Part shown: positions 1-9,215 of the stretch, in pieces
Numbering within the stretch: position 1 is the stretch's first letter
Layout: every line of letters begins with the position of its first letter
Source: an uncultured Spirochaetota bacterium
GTDB taxonomy: Bacteria > Spirochaetota > Spirochaetia > SZUA-6 > Fen-1364
Assembly (NCBI GenBank): GCA_963734545.1
Contig: CAVTHO010000007.1
Location: forward strand, 256,001-320,000
Direction of reading: 5' to 3'
DNA: 64,000 bases
The notes under the pieces: model-generated
The model's input: only the letters and a program-made list of their open reading frames with translations
Told to the model about the DNA's origin: nothing
Database searches by the model: none
Program-made: the position numbers and the translations under genes

Positions 1-371
1 TGGATACCGTGGTGGAGGTGGACGGCAGGGTGCTGGGAAAACCGGCAGGGCCTTCAGAGGCGGAATCCATGCTCCGCCAGCTCTCCGGCAGGGTGCACAA
101 TGTCTACTCCGGGATCGCGCTCCTGGTGGAGAGGGGAAAGCCCATCGAGGAGCAGGTCGTCTGCACGGAGGTGAAGTTCAGGCAGATGACCGACCAGGAG
201 CTCCATTTTTACGTCGATTCCGGGGAATGGACAGGCGCCGCGGGGGGATACAGGATCCAGGAGCGCGGAGCATTCTTCGTCGAATGGATCCGCGGCTCCT
301 ACAGCAACGTCGTAGGCTTGCCACTAGAGGCTTTTTATGGCATCTTGGTCAGGAACGAATACCAGTTCTGA
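1..371 (+). CDS. maf: Maf family nucleoside triphosphate pyrophosphatase (5' partial)
   Basis: [30 protein letters not shown] and [11 protein letters not shown] are Maf motifs; the gene runs off the window start. Confidence 0.92.
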   Translation, partial: DTVVEVDGRVLGKPAGPSEAESMLRQLSGRVHNVYSGIALLVERGKPIEEQVVCTEVKFRQMTDQELHFYVDSGEWTGAAGGYRIQERGAFFVEWIRGSYSNVVGLPLEAFYGILVRNEYQF

Positions 372-389
372 CCCTTTCTGTTTCTATCT

Positions 390-412
390 CACCCGCCCGT
401 TTTGGGCGGGTG
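390..412 (+). promoter_or_regulatory. Stem-loop in rpsB leader (possible S2 autoregulatory element or maf terminator)
   Basis: Perfect hairpin CACCCGCCC-GTTTT-GGGCGGGTG upstream of the AGGAGG SD of rpsB. Confidence 0.45.
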
Positions 413-448
413 TATAAGCCGTGGGGTAAATGGGGAAGGAGGACTATT

Positions 449-1414
449 TTGGCTGTCGTGACCATGAAAAACCTGCTCGAGTCAGGGGTCCATTTCGGAC
501 ATCAGACCAAGAGGTGGGATCCGCGGATGAAAAAGTACATCTTCGCGGAGCGCAACGGGATCCACATCATCGATCTTCAGAAAACCATCGTGGCCATCAA
601 GGATGCCTACGAGGCGGTCAGGAAGACCGTCCTGGCGGGCAAATCCGTGCTCTTCGTCGGAACGAAGAAGCAGGCCCAGCAGACGGTGGAGCGTGAGGCC
701 AAGCGCTGCGGCATGTTCCACGTGAACAACCGCTGGCTGGGCGGCATGCTGACCAATTTTTCCACCATCAAGAAGTCGCTTCTGCGGCTGAAGAAGCTGG
801 AGAAGATGGAGATCGACGGCACCTTCGAAAACCTGACGAAGAAGGAAATCGCCCGGTTGATGAAGGAGCGGACAAAGCTGGAGAAGAACCTCGGCGGCAT
901 CAAGGAAATGAAGGAGCTGCCCGGGATCGTCTTCATCATCGACACCCGCAAGGAGTCCATCGCCGTCACCGAGGCCCGCAAGGTCAATGTGCCCATCGTC
1001 GCGGTCGTGGACACGAACTGCAACCCGGAAGGAATCACCTTCCCCATTCCCGGCAACGACGACGCCATCCGTGCCATCAACCTCTTCGCGCAGATCATTG
1101 CCAACGCGGTGATCGAAGCGGAGAATGAAGTGGGCCTGGAAGTCGTGGAGACGCTCCAGGAGGAGAAGGGAGAAGAGGAGTTCGCCGAGGCCATCGACAA
1201 GGGAGAGTTCGCCGCGCAGTCGAAGTACGATCAGGAAGAAGTGGAAAAGGTCGCCGTGGCCGCCGCGCTGGGCGCCGCCGCAGCGGAGGAGGCCGCCACC
1301 GGCTTCACCGACAAGGACTACTCCAACTACAATCCGGACGAGGCTGTGAAGAAGGAAGAGACCCCTTCCCCCGAAGAGCCCGAGATCGACGAAGAAAAGC
1401 TCTACAAGGAATAA
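449..1414 (+). CDS. rpsB: 30S ribosomal protein S2 with acidic C-terminal extension
   Basis: [44 protein letters not shown]; TTG start after AGGAGG. Confidence 0.97.
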   Translation: MAVVTMKNLLESGVHFGHQTKRWDPRMKKYIFAERNGIHIIDLQKTIVAIKDAYEAVRKTVLAGKSVLFVGTKKQAQQTVEREAKRCGMFHVNNRWLGGMLTNFSTIKKSLLRLKKLEKMEIDGTFENLTKKEIARLMKERTKLEKNLGGIKEMKELPGIVFIIDTRKESIAVTEARKVNVPIVAVVDTNCNPEGITFPIPGNDDAIRAINLFAQIIANAVIEAENEVGLEVVETLQEEKGEEEFAEAIDKGEFAAQSKYDQEEVEKVAVAAALGAAAAEEAATGFTDKDYSNYNPDEAVKKEETPSPEEPEIDEEKLYKE

Positions 1415-1426
1415 GAGGGAAGAGGC

Positions 1427-2265
1427 ATGGAGATCAAAGCAACAGAGGTGAAAAGGCTCCGGGAGAAAGACCGGGGCGGGAATGATGGACTGCAAGAACG
1501 CACTCATCAAGTGCGAGGGCAGACTTCGACAAGGCGGAGCGTCTGCTCAAGGAGCAGGGGCTGGCCGCCGCCGTGAAGAAAAGCGACCGCGTCACCAACA
1601 GCGGCAAGATTTTTTCGCGGATGCTTCCCGACAAGGGCATCCTCCTCGAGCTCACCAGTGAGACGGACTTCGTGGCGCGCAACAGCATGTTCCTGGAGCT
1701 CGGTGAGGCGCTTCTGGACAAGGTGGTGGCGCAGAAGCTCACCGCCCCCACGGAGGAGCTCCAGCTCATGGTCAAGGAGACCATCGGCAAGATCAAGGAA
1801 AACATGCAGATTCGCCGAATCGTGACCATGCCCGTCGCGGCCGGCGAAGTTCTGGTGGAATACGTCCACGACAACCGGATCGGCGTCATGCTGCGCTTCT
1901 CTCTCGGAGACCCCAAGGTGAAGGACTCCCCGAGGGTGAAGGAGATACTGTTCGACTGCGCCCTGCACGCCGCGGCGTTCGCCCCCCTGTTCCTCTCCCG
2001 GGACAAGGTGAGCCCGGCGTTCCTCAAGGAGCAGGAAGAGATCTTTGCCAAGCAGGCCGAAAATCTCGGCAAGCCGCCCAACGTTCTCCAGGGAATCATC
2101 AAGGGCAAGGTAAACAAGATGCTCTCGGAGATCTGCCTGCTCGAACAGCCGTTCGTGAAGGACGACAAGCGCAAGATGTCCAAGGTTCTGGAGGACCTGT
2201 CGAAGGAAGTGGGCACGAAGATCGACATCGTCGACTACACCTACATGAAGCTGGGGGCCGAATAG
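1427..2265 (+). CDS. tsf: Elongation factor Ts (two apparent frameshifts, ~1465 and ~1520)
   Basis: Joined frames read MEIKATEVKRLREK-TGAGMMDCKNAL..DFDKA; downstream ELTSETDFVAR and CLLEQPFVKD; follows rpsB. Confidence 0.95.
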
Positions 2266-2315
2266 GCCCCGCGAGGGGGGGCCGAATAAGCCCCGCGAGG
2301 GGGGGCCGAACAGGC
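2253..2315 (+). repeat. 24-bp tandem repeat (about 2.7 copies) duplicating the tsf stop region
   Basis: GGGGGCCGAATAGGCCCCGCGA / GGGGGGGCCGAATAAGCCCCGCGA / GGGGGGGCCGAACAGGC. Confidence 0.9.
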
Positions 2316-2385
2316 TGTCCCAGGGGAAGCGTGCAGGAGCGCGTTTGAGACGGCAGTTCGAACCCATCCTGAAGGAGGTTCTCGT

Positions 2386-2946
2386 ATGACGCGGGACAAG
2401 ATCAGGAGCCAGGCTGAGGAACGGATGAAGAAAAGCATCCAGTCTCTGCTGGACGAGTTCAAGACACTGCGCGGGAGCCGGGCGTCGCAGTCCCTGTTCG
2501 AGAAGATCCGGGTCGAGTACTACGGAAACAAGGTTCCCTTGAACCAGGTCGCCACGATCTCCATCCCCGAGGCGCGGCTGGTGATTATCCAGCCCTGGGA
2601 CAGGTCTGTGCTGGCGGAGATCGAAAAGGCCATCCAGAAATCGGAGCTTTCGGTCAATCCGAACAACGACGGAAAGGTCATTCGGATCAACATCCCGCCC
2701 CTCACGGAGGACCGTCGCAAGGAGCTGGTCAAGCTCACGAAGACCACCGCGGAGCAGTCACGCGTGTCGGTGCGCAACGTGCGTCGTGAGGCGAACGAGG
2801 AGATCAAGAAGGCCAAGTCCGACTCCGAGCTGAGCGAGGACGAGGCGAAGAAGGCAACCGACGAGATCCAGAAGCTCACCGACAAGCACATCGAGGAGAT
2901 CAACAAGCTCCTCGAGGCGAAGGAAAAGGAAATCCTGGAAGTGTGA
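2386..2946 (+). CDS. frr: Ribosome recycling factor
   Basis: PLNQVATIS, IQPWD, PNNDGKVIRINIPPLTEDRRKEL; AGGAGG SD. Confidence 0.97.
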   Translation: MTRDKIRSQAEERMKKSIQSLLDEFKTLRGSRASQSLFEKIRVEYYGNKVPLNQVATISIPEARLVIIQPWDRSVLAEIEKAIQKSELSVNPNNDGKVIRINIPPLTEDRRKELVKLTKTTAEQSRVSVRNVRREANEEIKKAKSDSELSEDEAKKATDEIQKLTDKHIEEINKLLEAKEKEILEV

Positions 2947-3752
2947 GCGCCTCGCCGGATTCTGCATCGCGGTATTCCGCGGATTCTGCATCGCGGTACC
3001 CCGCGGATCCGCGGCCCCGGGAAGCCGCGTCGCCGCCCGCCCGCGGCGGAGCGCCACACGATCACCCCGAGCTTCCCCCACACGTGGGCATCATCATGGA
3101 CGGCAATGGCAGGTGGGCCAAGGCGCGCGGGAGGCCGCGCACTGAGGGTCACCTGGAGGGCGCCAAGGCCGCCAAGCGCGTGGTGGCGGCCGCGGCGGAC
3201 GCGGGGCTTGCGTACCTCAGTCTCTACATTTTTTCCACCGAGAACTGGAGCCGCGCCGAGGAAGAGGTGTCCTACCTCATGTTTCTCGTGCGTTCTTATC
3301 TGCGGAAGGAGTATGATTTCTATCGCCAGAATGGCATACGGATCGTGCACAGCGGAGACATGGAGCGCCTGCCGCCGGACATCGCCCAGGAGATCCGCGA
3401 GGTGACGAAGGATACCGCGCAATTCAGAGGTCTCACGGTGAATCTTTCGATCAATTACGGCGGAAGGAACGAGATTATCCGCGCCTTCAACAAGATTCTC
3501 GCGGGCGGGAGGCGTGAGCCCCTCACCGAGGAATCATTTCGCGCGTATCTGGATCATCCGGAGCTGCCCGACCCCGACCTGATCATAAGGAGCGCGAACG
3601 AGCAGCGGCTTTCCAATTTCCTGCTCTGGGAATCGGCCTACGCGGAGCTGTACTTCAGCCCCAAGCCGTGGCCTGACTGGACCGGGGAGGATCTCATGGA
3701 AGCCCTGAAGGAATACAAGCGAAGATCGCGCACATTCGGAGTCGCGTTGTGA
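2943..3752 (+). CDS. uppS: Undecaprenyl/polyprenyl diphosphate synthase
   Basis: HVGIIMDGNGRWA, FSTENWSR, NYGGRNEI, PDLIIRS..EQRLSNFLLW. Confidence 0.96.
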   Translation: MSASPDSASRYSADSASRYPADPRPREAASPPARGGAPHDHPELPPHVGIIMDGNGRWAKARGRPRTEGHLEGAKAAKRVVAAAADAGLAYLSLYIFSTENWSRAEEEVSYLMFLVRSYLRKEYDFYRQNGIRIVHSGDMERLPPDIAQEIREVTKDTAQFRGLTVNLSINYGGRNEIIRAFNKILAGGRREPLTEESFRAYLDHPELPDPDLIIRSANEQRLSNFLLWESAYAELYFSPKPWPDWTGEDLMEALKEYKRRSRTFGVAL

Positions 3753-4600
3753 ACTGGAAAAGCTTTCGGTCCCGCGTGATTCTGGTCGGGATTGCATTCC
3801 CGCTTCTCGGCGTCATTATTCTTCTTCTGCCTCATGTGCACCACCTGGTGGTCAACATTCTGGTGGTGGGAGTCAGCCTGCTGGGCGGGCTGGAAATGGC
3901 GGCTCTCTTCCGCGCCCGGAAGATCCCGACCTCGGATACCCTTGCGCCGATCCTCGGCGCAAGCCTTCCCGCGGGGGTATTTCTGGAAGTGGCCGGCGTG
4001 CTTCCCGCGGGCTGGATGGGCCTCTGGCTCCCCGCCGCGCTGGGCATCATCCTGATCAGGGCCGTCCTCCTCCACAAAGACAGGAACCTGACGGAAGTCC
4101 TCGCGTACGCCTCTTCGTCATTTTTCACCTTTCTCTATCCCGGTTTCTTTCTCACCTGGATCGTGAGATTGTCCAGCCTTCCGGAACCTTCACTTTCCAT
4201 TCTCTTCTTTCTCTGTCTCGTGTTCGGGAACGATATGGCGGCGTACTTTGCAGGCAGTCTGTGGGGGGCGTCCAGCCGGCTCAATCTTCCCGTCAGCCCG
4301 CAGAAGAGCGCGGTGGGATTTGCCGGAGGCCTGTTCGGCTCTCTCGTCGTGGTCGGTCTTTTTCTTCTGCTGACTCCGGGCTTTCCGCGTTTCGGTCTCC
4401 CGCTTGACATCGTGCTCGGGCTCTCGACCGGGGTGACCGTGATTCTGGGAGACCTTCTGGAGAGCGGTTTGAAGAGGTCGGCCGGGGTGAAGGACTCAGG
4501 GATCGTCATCCCAGCGCGGGGCGGCATTCTGGATTCAGTCGATTCGATGATCCTTACCGCGCCCCTTTTCTACTATTTTTTCACCCTGGTCGGCCGGTAG
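3749..4600 (+). CDS. cdsA: Phosphatidate cytidylyltransferase
   Basis: Multi-TM protein; SPQKS..G, GDLLESGLKRSAGVKDSG, GGILD..DS. Confidence 0.94.
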   Translation: MNWKSFRSRVILVGIAFPLLGVIILLLPHVHHLVVNILVVGVSLLGGLEMAALFRARKIPTSDTLAPILGASLPAGVFLEVAGVLPAGWMGLWLPAALGIILIRAVLLHKDRNLTEVLAYASSSFFTFLYPGFFLTWIVRLSSLPEPSLSILFFLCLVFGNDMAAYFAGSLWGASSRLNLPVSPQKSAVGFAGGLFGSLVVVGLFLLLTPGFPRFGLPLDIVLGLSTGVTVILGDLLESGLKRSAGVKDSGIVIPARGGILDSVDSMILTAPLFYYFFTLVGR

Positions 4601-4643
4601 GGCGCAGGTGCCCGCCGTGTCATCTTGATTGAAGGGATTCTGA

Positions 4644-6050
4644 ATGATTCTTACGATATTACTGGGAATTGTCGGGCTCGGCCTCATGGTGTTCATCCAC
4701 GAGCTGGGACACTTTGTTGCGGCAAAGATGAACGGCGTGGGCGTAGAGGTGTTCTCCCTCGGCTGGGGTCCACGGCTGGCGGGATTCACGCGCGGCGGGA
4801 CGTCGTACCAGATCTCCTGGTTCCCCATCGGCGGGTACTGCAAGATGAAAGGGGAGCTCGTGCCGGGAATCGCCGGCGGACGCGCTGACGCTGCCGCCGC
4901 CGGGGAAAGCGTGCCCGCGGTCGAGCCTGCGCTGGAGAAGGGCTCTTTCCTCGCTGCCGCGCCGTGGCGGAGAATCGTGATCGCCGCTTTCGGACCGCTT
5001 TTCAACCTCGTCTTCGCCATGCTCATCTTCGCAACGCTCTGGTGGGTCGGCTTTGCCGTGCATTCCCCGGACAACAGGGTAGTTCTGGCAACGGACTACA
5101 CCCTGGACGCGCTGGCTCAGCGGCCGCCCGCCGCCGTCGCGGGTCTGAAAACAGGAGACCGCGTCACCGCGATCGACGGCGCGCCCGTGGAGAAGTTTCA
5201 GGACATCCTTGAGACTGTCTCCGTTGCGCCCGGCCGCAAATTCCTCTTCACGATCCAACGGGCCTCCGAGGGAGCCGTGCAGACTCTTGTTCTGCCGATT
5301 ACCCCGGAGCTGGACAAGAACACGGGAGCGGGAAGGATCGGGATCTACGCGTGGGTGGATCCGGTCCTGGACACTGTCGAGCCGGGCAGCGCGGCGGCCA
5401 TAGCGGGTCTGCAGAAAGGTGACACTCTGCTGCTCGCCAACGGGCGGCCCATCCGCAACAGCATGGATTTCTACCAGCAGCTCGCCTCGAAACCGCAGAA
5501 AGTGGATCTTGCCTACCAGCGGGCGGGGCGGCAGGTGAGTGTTCCTCTCATTCTCATGTACGACGAGAAGGGCGCCCCCCGGCTCGGGCTGGGCTTTGCG
5601 TCCCTTGTTTTTCGCTCGCCGCGCCTGGGTCTTGGCGGCGCGCTCGGCAAGAGCGTGCAGGAGACGTGGAGCACCGTGACCCTCACGGTCAAGGGAATCG
5701 GGCTGCTTTTCCAGGGCATCAAGCTGCGGAACGCGGTCGCGGGCCCTTTGCGGATTACCTACTACATCGGGTCAGCGGCCACCAGTGGATTCCAGGTCGG
5801 ATTCGGGGCCGGGGTAGTGTCTTTCTTCCGCTTTCTCGCGTTCCTCAGCGTGGTGCTCTTTCTCATGAACCTCCTTCCCATACCGGCGATGGACGGCGGA
5901 CAGATCGTTCTGTTCATCGTGGAGATCGTGCGGGGCAAGGCGGTGAGATCGCGCCTGATCTGGCGGCTTCAGCTCATTGGGTTCTCGATCCTCATCATAC
6001 TCAGCCTGATGGTCACCTTCAGTGACGTGCTCTTTTTCATGGGACGATAG
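4644..6050 (+). CDS. rseP: RIP metalloprotease RseP (site-2 protease with PDZ domains)
   Basis: HELGH zinc motif, GPLFN, two PDZ-like segments, NLLPIPAMDGG. Confidence 0.95.
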   Translation: MILTILLGIVGLGLMVFIHELGHFVAAKMNGVGVEVFSLGWGPRLAGFTRGGTSYQISWFPIGGYCKMKGELVPGIAGGRADAAAAGESVPAVEPALEKGSFLAAAPWRRIVIAAFGPLFNLVFAMLIFATLWWVGFAVHSPDNRVVLATDYTLDALAQRPPAAVAGLKTGDRVTAIDGAPVEKFQDILETVSVAPGRKFLFTIQRASEGAVQTLVLPITPELDKNTGAGRIGIYAWVDPVLDTVEPGSAAAIAGLQKGDTLLLANGRPIRNSMDFYQQLASKPQKVDLAYQRAGRQVSVPLILMYDEKGAPRLGLGFASLVFRSPRLGLGGALGKSVQETWSTVTLTVKGIGLLFQGIKLRNAVAGPLRITYYIGSAATSGFQVGFGAGVVSFFRFLAFLSVVLFLMNLLPIPAMDGGQIVLFIVEIVRGKAVRSRLIWRLQLIGFSILIILSLMVTFSDVLFFMGR

Positions 6051-6052
6051 CC

Positions 6053-6690
6053 ATGACGTACCACTCACGGCACATTGCCTGCTTCTGCGAAAACTCCTTC
6101 GACGCGCAGATACCGGAGTCTGCCGACCTCGCGGCGGATTCCGGGCGTGCAGGACCTGATTCTCAGCGGTGATTTCATGGCCGTGAGCTGTCCCTCCTGC
6201 GGCAAGAGGCTCACTCCGGAGTTCCCTTTCCGCCTCACCGGCGTCATGAAAGTCGGCGAGATCTTTCTGATCCCCGAGGCGGACCGCGCCGCTTTCGTTC
6301 ACGGCAGAGCTCGAGTACGATGTCGGGAAGCCGGGCCGGGTGGTGGTCGGTTTCCCCGAGCTCGCGGAGAAAGTGCTCATGTGCAGCCGCGGGCTTGATG
6401 ACCGCGTCATCGAGATAATGAAGTACTACCTCCTGACGGGAGCCGCCGCGGGAGGCGGCCAGGAGCAGGACAAGGATGTCACGCTGGCCTACCGGGGCGT
6501 GGAAGGGGACAAGCACCTCTTCCACATACTCGGCATCAAGGCGGGGGAGGTCGGGGTTGCCCGGCTCGCCGATCAATTCTACCAGAAGATCGCGTCGGAC
6601 GTGGAAAGTCGTGTCCGGGAAGAGCCTTTCAGCGATTTCTGCGAGCCTCCCTGGGTGTCTCTGCGACGTGCCGCGGGAGGGGTGGGATGA
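6053..6690 (+). CDS. CpXC domain-containing protein (two apparent frameshifts)
   Basis: Joined frames read MTYHSRHIACFCENSF..ILSGDFMAVSCPSCG..ELAEKV..GLDDRVIEIMKY. Confidence 0.8.
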
Positions 6691-8763
6691 AGCTCCGTTT
6701 CGTCATGCTCCTGGGGCTCTGCGGCGCGCTGGGTGTCGCGTGCCGGGGGTTTGCCGCCGGAGCGGGCGAAACCGACCTGCGCAGCATCGTGAATACGGGG
6801 CATACGGGCGCGGTGCGGGGTCTCGAGTACGACGAAAGACGCGACCTGCTTTTCAGCGCGGGAGACGACGGGACGGTGCGGATATGGGACGCTGCGGCCG
6901 GATCCCTCGCGCGCAAGCTCCAGGTGACGCAGCTCGGCGCGGAGCTGCTCGCCGTCAACCCGGTCGTGCCGCAGGTTGCCGTTGTCGTGACGGACGGCAC
7001 GGGTTCGTATTACCTCTCCGTGTGGAACTGGGAGGAGGAGCGTCAGCTCTTCCGTGTCCCCCTCAAGGAAGAGCCCCTTTTCTGTCAGATACTCGTCCAT
7101 GGGGAGCTTCATCGAATACGCCGAGTCCTCCTGGCAAAGTCTGAAAATACTGCGGGCGGAGGACGGCTCCGCGGTGCCGTTTCACCCCGAGGGATTCGGC
7201 ATGGTGGGATTCGCGGAAATGTCGCGGTCGGAAAAGACCATCATGACATACCAGCTTTCAGGCCGGATCGACTATTGGGACCTCGAAACGGGACGGCAGA
7301 CTCTTGACCTCCCTTCGGTGCCTTACCTGTCACGGATCCGCATTTCACGCGACCGGCGATACATCTTCGGGTCGACCGGCAGCGAGCTGGTCCTGGTAGA
7401 CACGGTCACGGGGGCCGTCCGCAGCCGCACGAGTCTCATGGGTGCGATTTCCTTTGACATATCCCCGAACGGCGATGAGATCGCGTGCCTATCGGGCGCG
7501 GAGGGCAGGCTCGACCGCTGGAGCTTTGCCGGTGAGGCGCTCGCCCCGCTTCCCGGCCTTCCGCCGCTCCCCGCGGCGCCGTCTCTCCTGTGTTACGGTG
7601 CCGACACGCTCTTCATTGCGGATTCAGCGGGCGGCCTTCACTCCATCTCCCCGGGGGAGACGAGACAACCGGTTCACCTCCAACGTGCTTGCGCGGCTCG
7701 ATGCAATAGATGCCGCGCCCGGTCTCGTTGCGGTCGGCGGGCCGGATTGGATTCGCGTTCTCAGCACCGACATTCTGGAAGATGCGCATTCCCCCGCCTC
7801 CATCAGGTCCCTTCTGGCTCAGAACCCTTTCCACGCGCCGGCGGGCCTGGCATTCCTGCCGACACAGCAGTTGCTTGCCTGGCGTGCCGACAGGCAGCCC
7901 CCGGCGCTTGCCCTTCTTGGGATCGCAGGCATGGACAGACCGGAAACCCAGGGGAGTCTTCAGCGGCCTGCCCACCGGTTTTCTTGCCCCGTTGAATGCC
8001 CTTCGGGTTACGGTGGATTCGCTTCTCGGCGTCGAAAGCGACGGCACGGTCCGGCAGACCGAAACCACTTCCGGCGCTTCGCGATTTGATCAGCGGATAC
8101 CGGGGATTTTTGCGGCGGTCGCAGTCTCGCCGACAGAGCTGATTGCGGGAAGAAACTCCGCTGCGGCCCCCGGAGGATCGCTCCTGAGAGTGGACACCCG
8201 CACGCGGGAGACTGTCGCGATCAAGGACAGGAATGCCTTTACTTATGGGCTTCTTCTTGATGCGTCCGACGCCGGCGGAGCGCCGATCCTCTACTCCGTG
8301 GGCATCGATGCCTCAGGCGGCACCAACCTGATACGGCACGGCGGTCCGGGCTTCGAGCAGGAGACGCTGCTGGGAAGGGTGTCGGAGGAGGACCTGGATG
8401 TGAGCCTGGCGCTGGACCAGTCGACCCACGTGCTCTATGCCACTCTTGGTCATGACAGCGTCTCGGCGTGGGATGGGACGCAGATGAAGGAAATAGCCCT
8501 GCAGAACACCGCCCCGCGCAGGCTCGTCGCCCGGGCCGGGCAAGCTTTTCTCGCTCAACCGGGATTCGACCGTGAGCGTGCTCGATGGCGCGACCGGAGC
8601 GCGCCTGGCGGAAATCTCCTTGTTCGCGGACGGAGAATGGTGCGCGCTCCTCGAGGACGGCCGGTACGCCGCCTCCCTCGGAGGTGACGCGCACGTGAAG
8701 GTGTTTCAGAACGGATCCCCTGTCCAGGCGACCGAGGACTTCAGGCTGCGGACAGGGCGATGA
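6687..8763 (+). CDS. Secreted WD40/beta-propeller protein (about 4 apparent frameshifts)
   Basis: Signal peptide; GHTGAVRGL..LFSAGDDGTVRIWD; beta-rich continuation through ORFs 7054, 7442, 7710 and 8572. Confidence 0.8.
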
Positions 8764-8793
8764 GGGAGAGCGCCAGGTCGGCTCGGGCTAGTG

Positions 8794-8868
8794 GCGGAGT
8801 ACGGCTGGGTGTGATTAGTACGGAGTACCGTTCTAATCGCCGACGCGGAGTACCGCTGGCGCGATTAG
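8794..8868. repeat. Cluster of three (A/G)CGGAGTAC(C/G)G palindromic units between convergent genes
   Basis: GCGGAGTACGGC at 8794, ACGGAGTACCGT at 8820, GCGGAGTACCGC at 8845; units 1 and 3 both continue ..GATTAGT. Confidence 0.75.
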
Positions 8869-9155
8869 TCGTGTGAGGGGTTGGCCTTTATCTTCTTGAT
8901 CGCCTCGGCCACTGCGCGGCTTATTTCTGCGGCATACTCGCGGTCATTCACGGCCCGGGCATAGACGCTGCCCATCAGAGATACACGGTAGGTCGGCTTC
9001 ACGTTGTTCAGCGCGTACGCGGCCATGTCCAGCACGCAGTCCTGGCACCGGCAAATGTCGACTGCGGCCGCCATCTGCGTTTCCAGCTCGCTCAACACGG
9101 TGCGCTCCGCTTCGTTCACGAGGCTGTCGAAATCGTAGAGGTCCTTCAGTCCCAT
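8865..9155 (-). CDS. ComFB family protein
   Basis: LVNEAE..V, CRCQDCVLDMAAYALNNVKPTY, IKANPSHD are typical ComFB motifs. Confidence 0.9.
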   Translation of the reverse strand: MGLKDLYDFDSLVNEAERTVLSELETQMAAAVDICRCQDCVLDMAAYALNNVKPTYRVSLMGSVYARAVNDREYAAEISRAVAEAIKKIKANPSHD

Positions 9156-9215
9156 CTCAGAGCTCTCGAAATATCATACTCATGTCGCGCGTCTGCTGTC
9201 CAGCAAGGTGTCGGA

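Noticed and set aside
1427-1575. tsf pseudogene or programmed frameshift
   Set aside because: Essential gene with two separate indels, in a window with many similar errors
2266-2385. Missing pyrH between tsf and frr
   Set aside because: This arrangement is usual in spirochaetes such as Treponema and Borrelia
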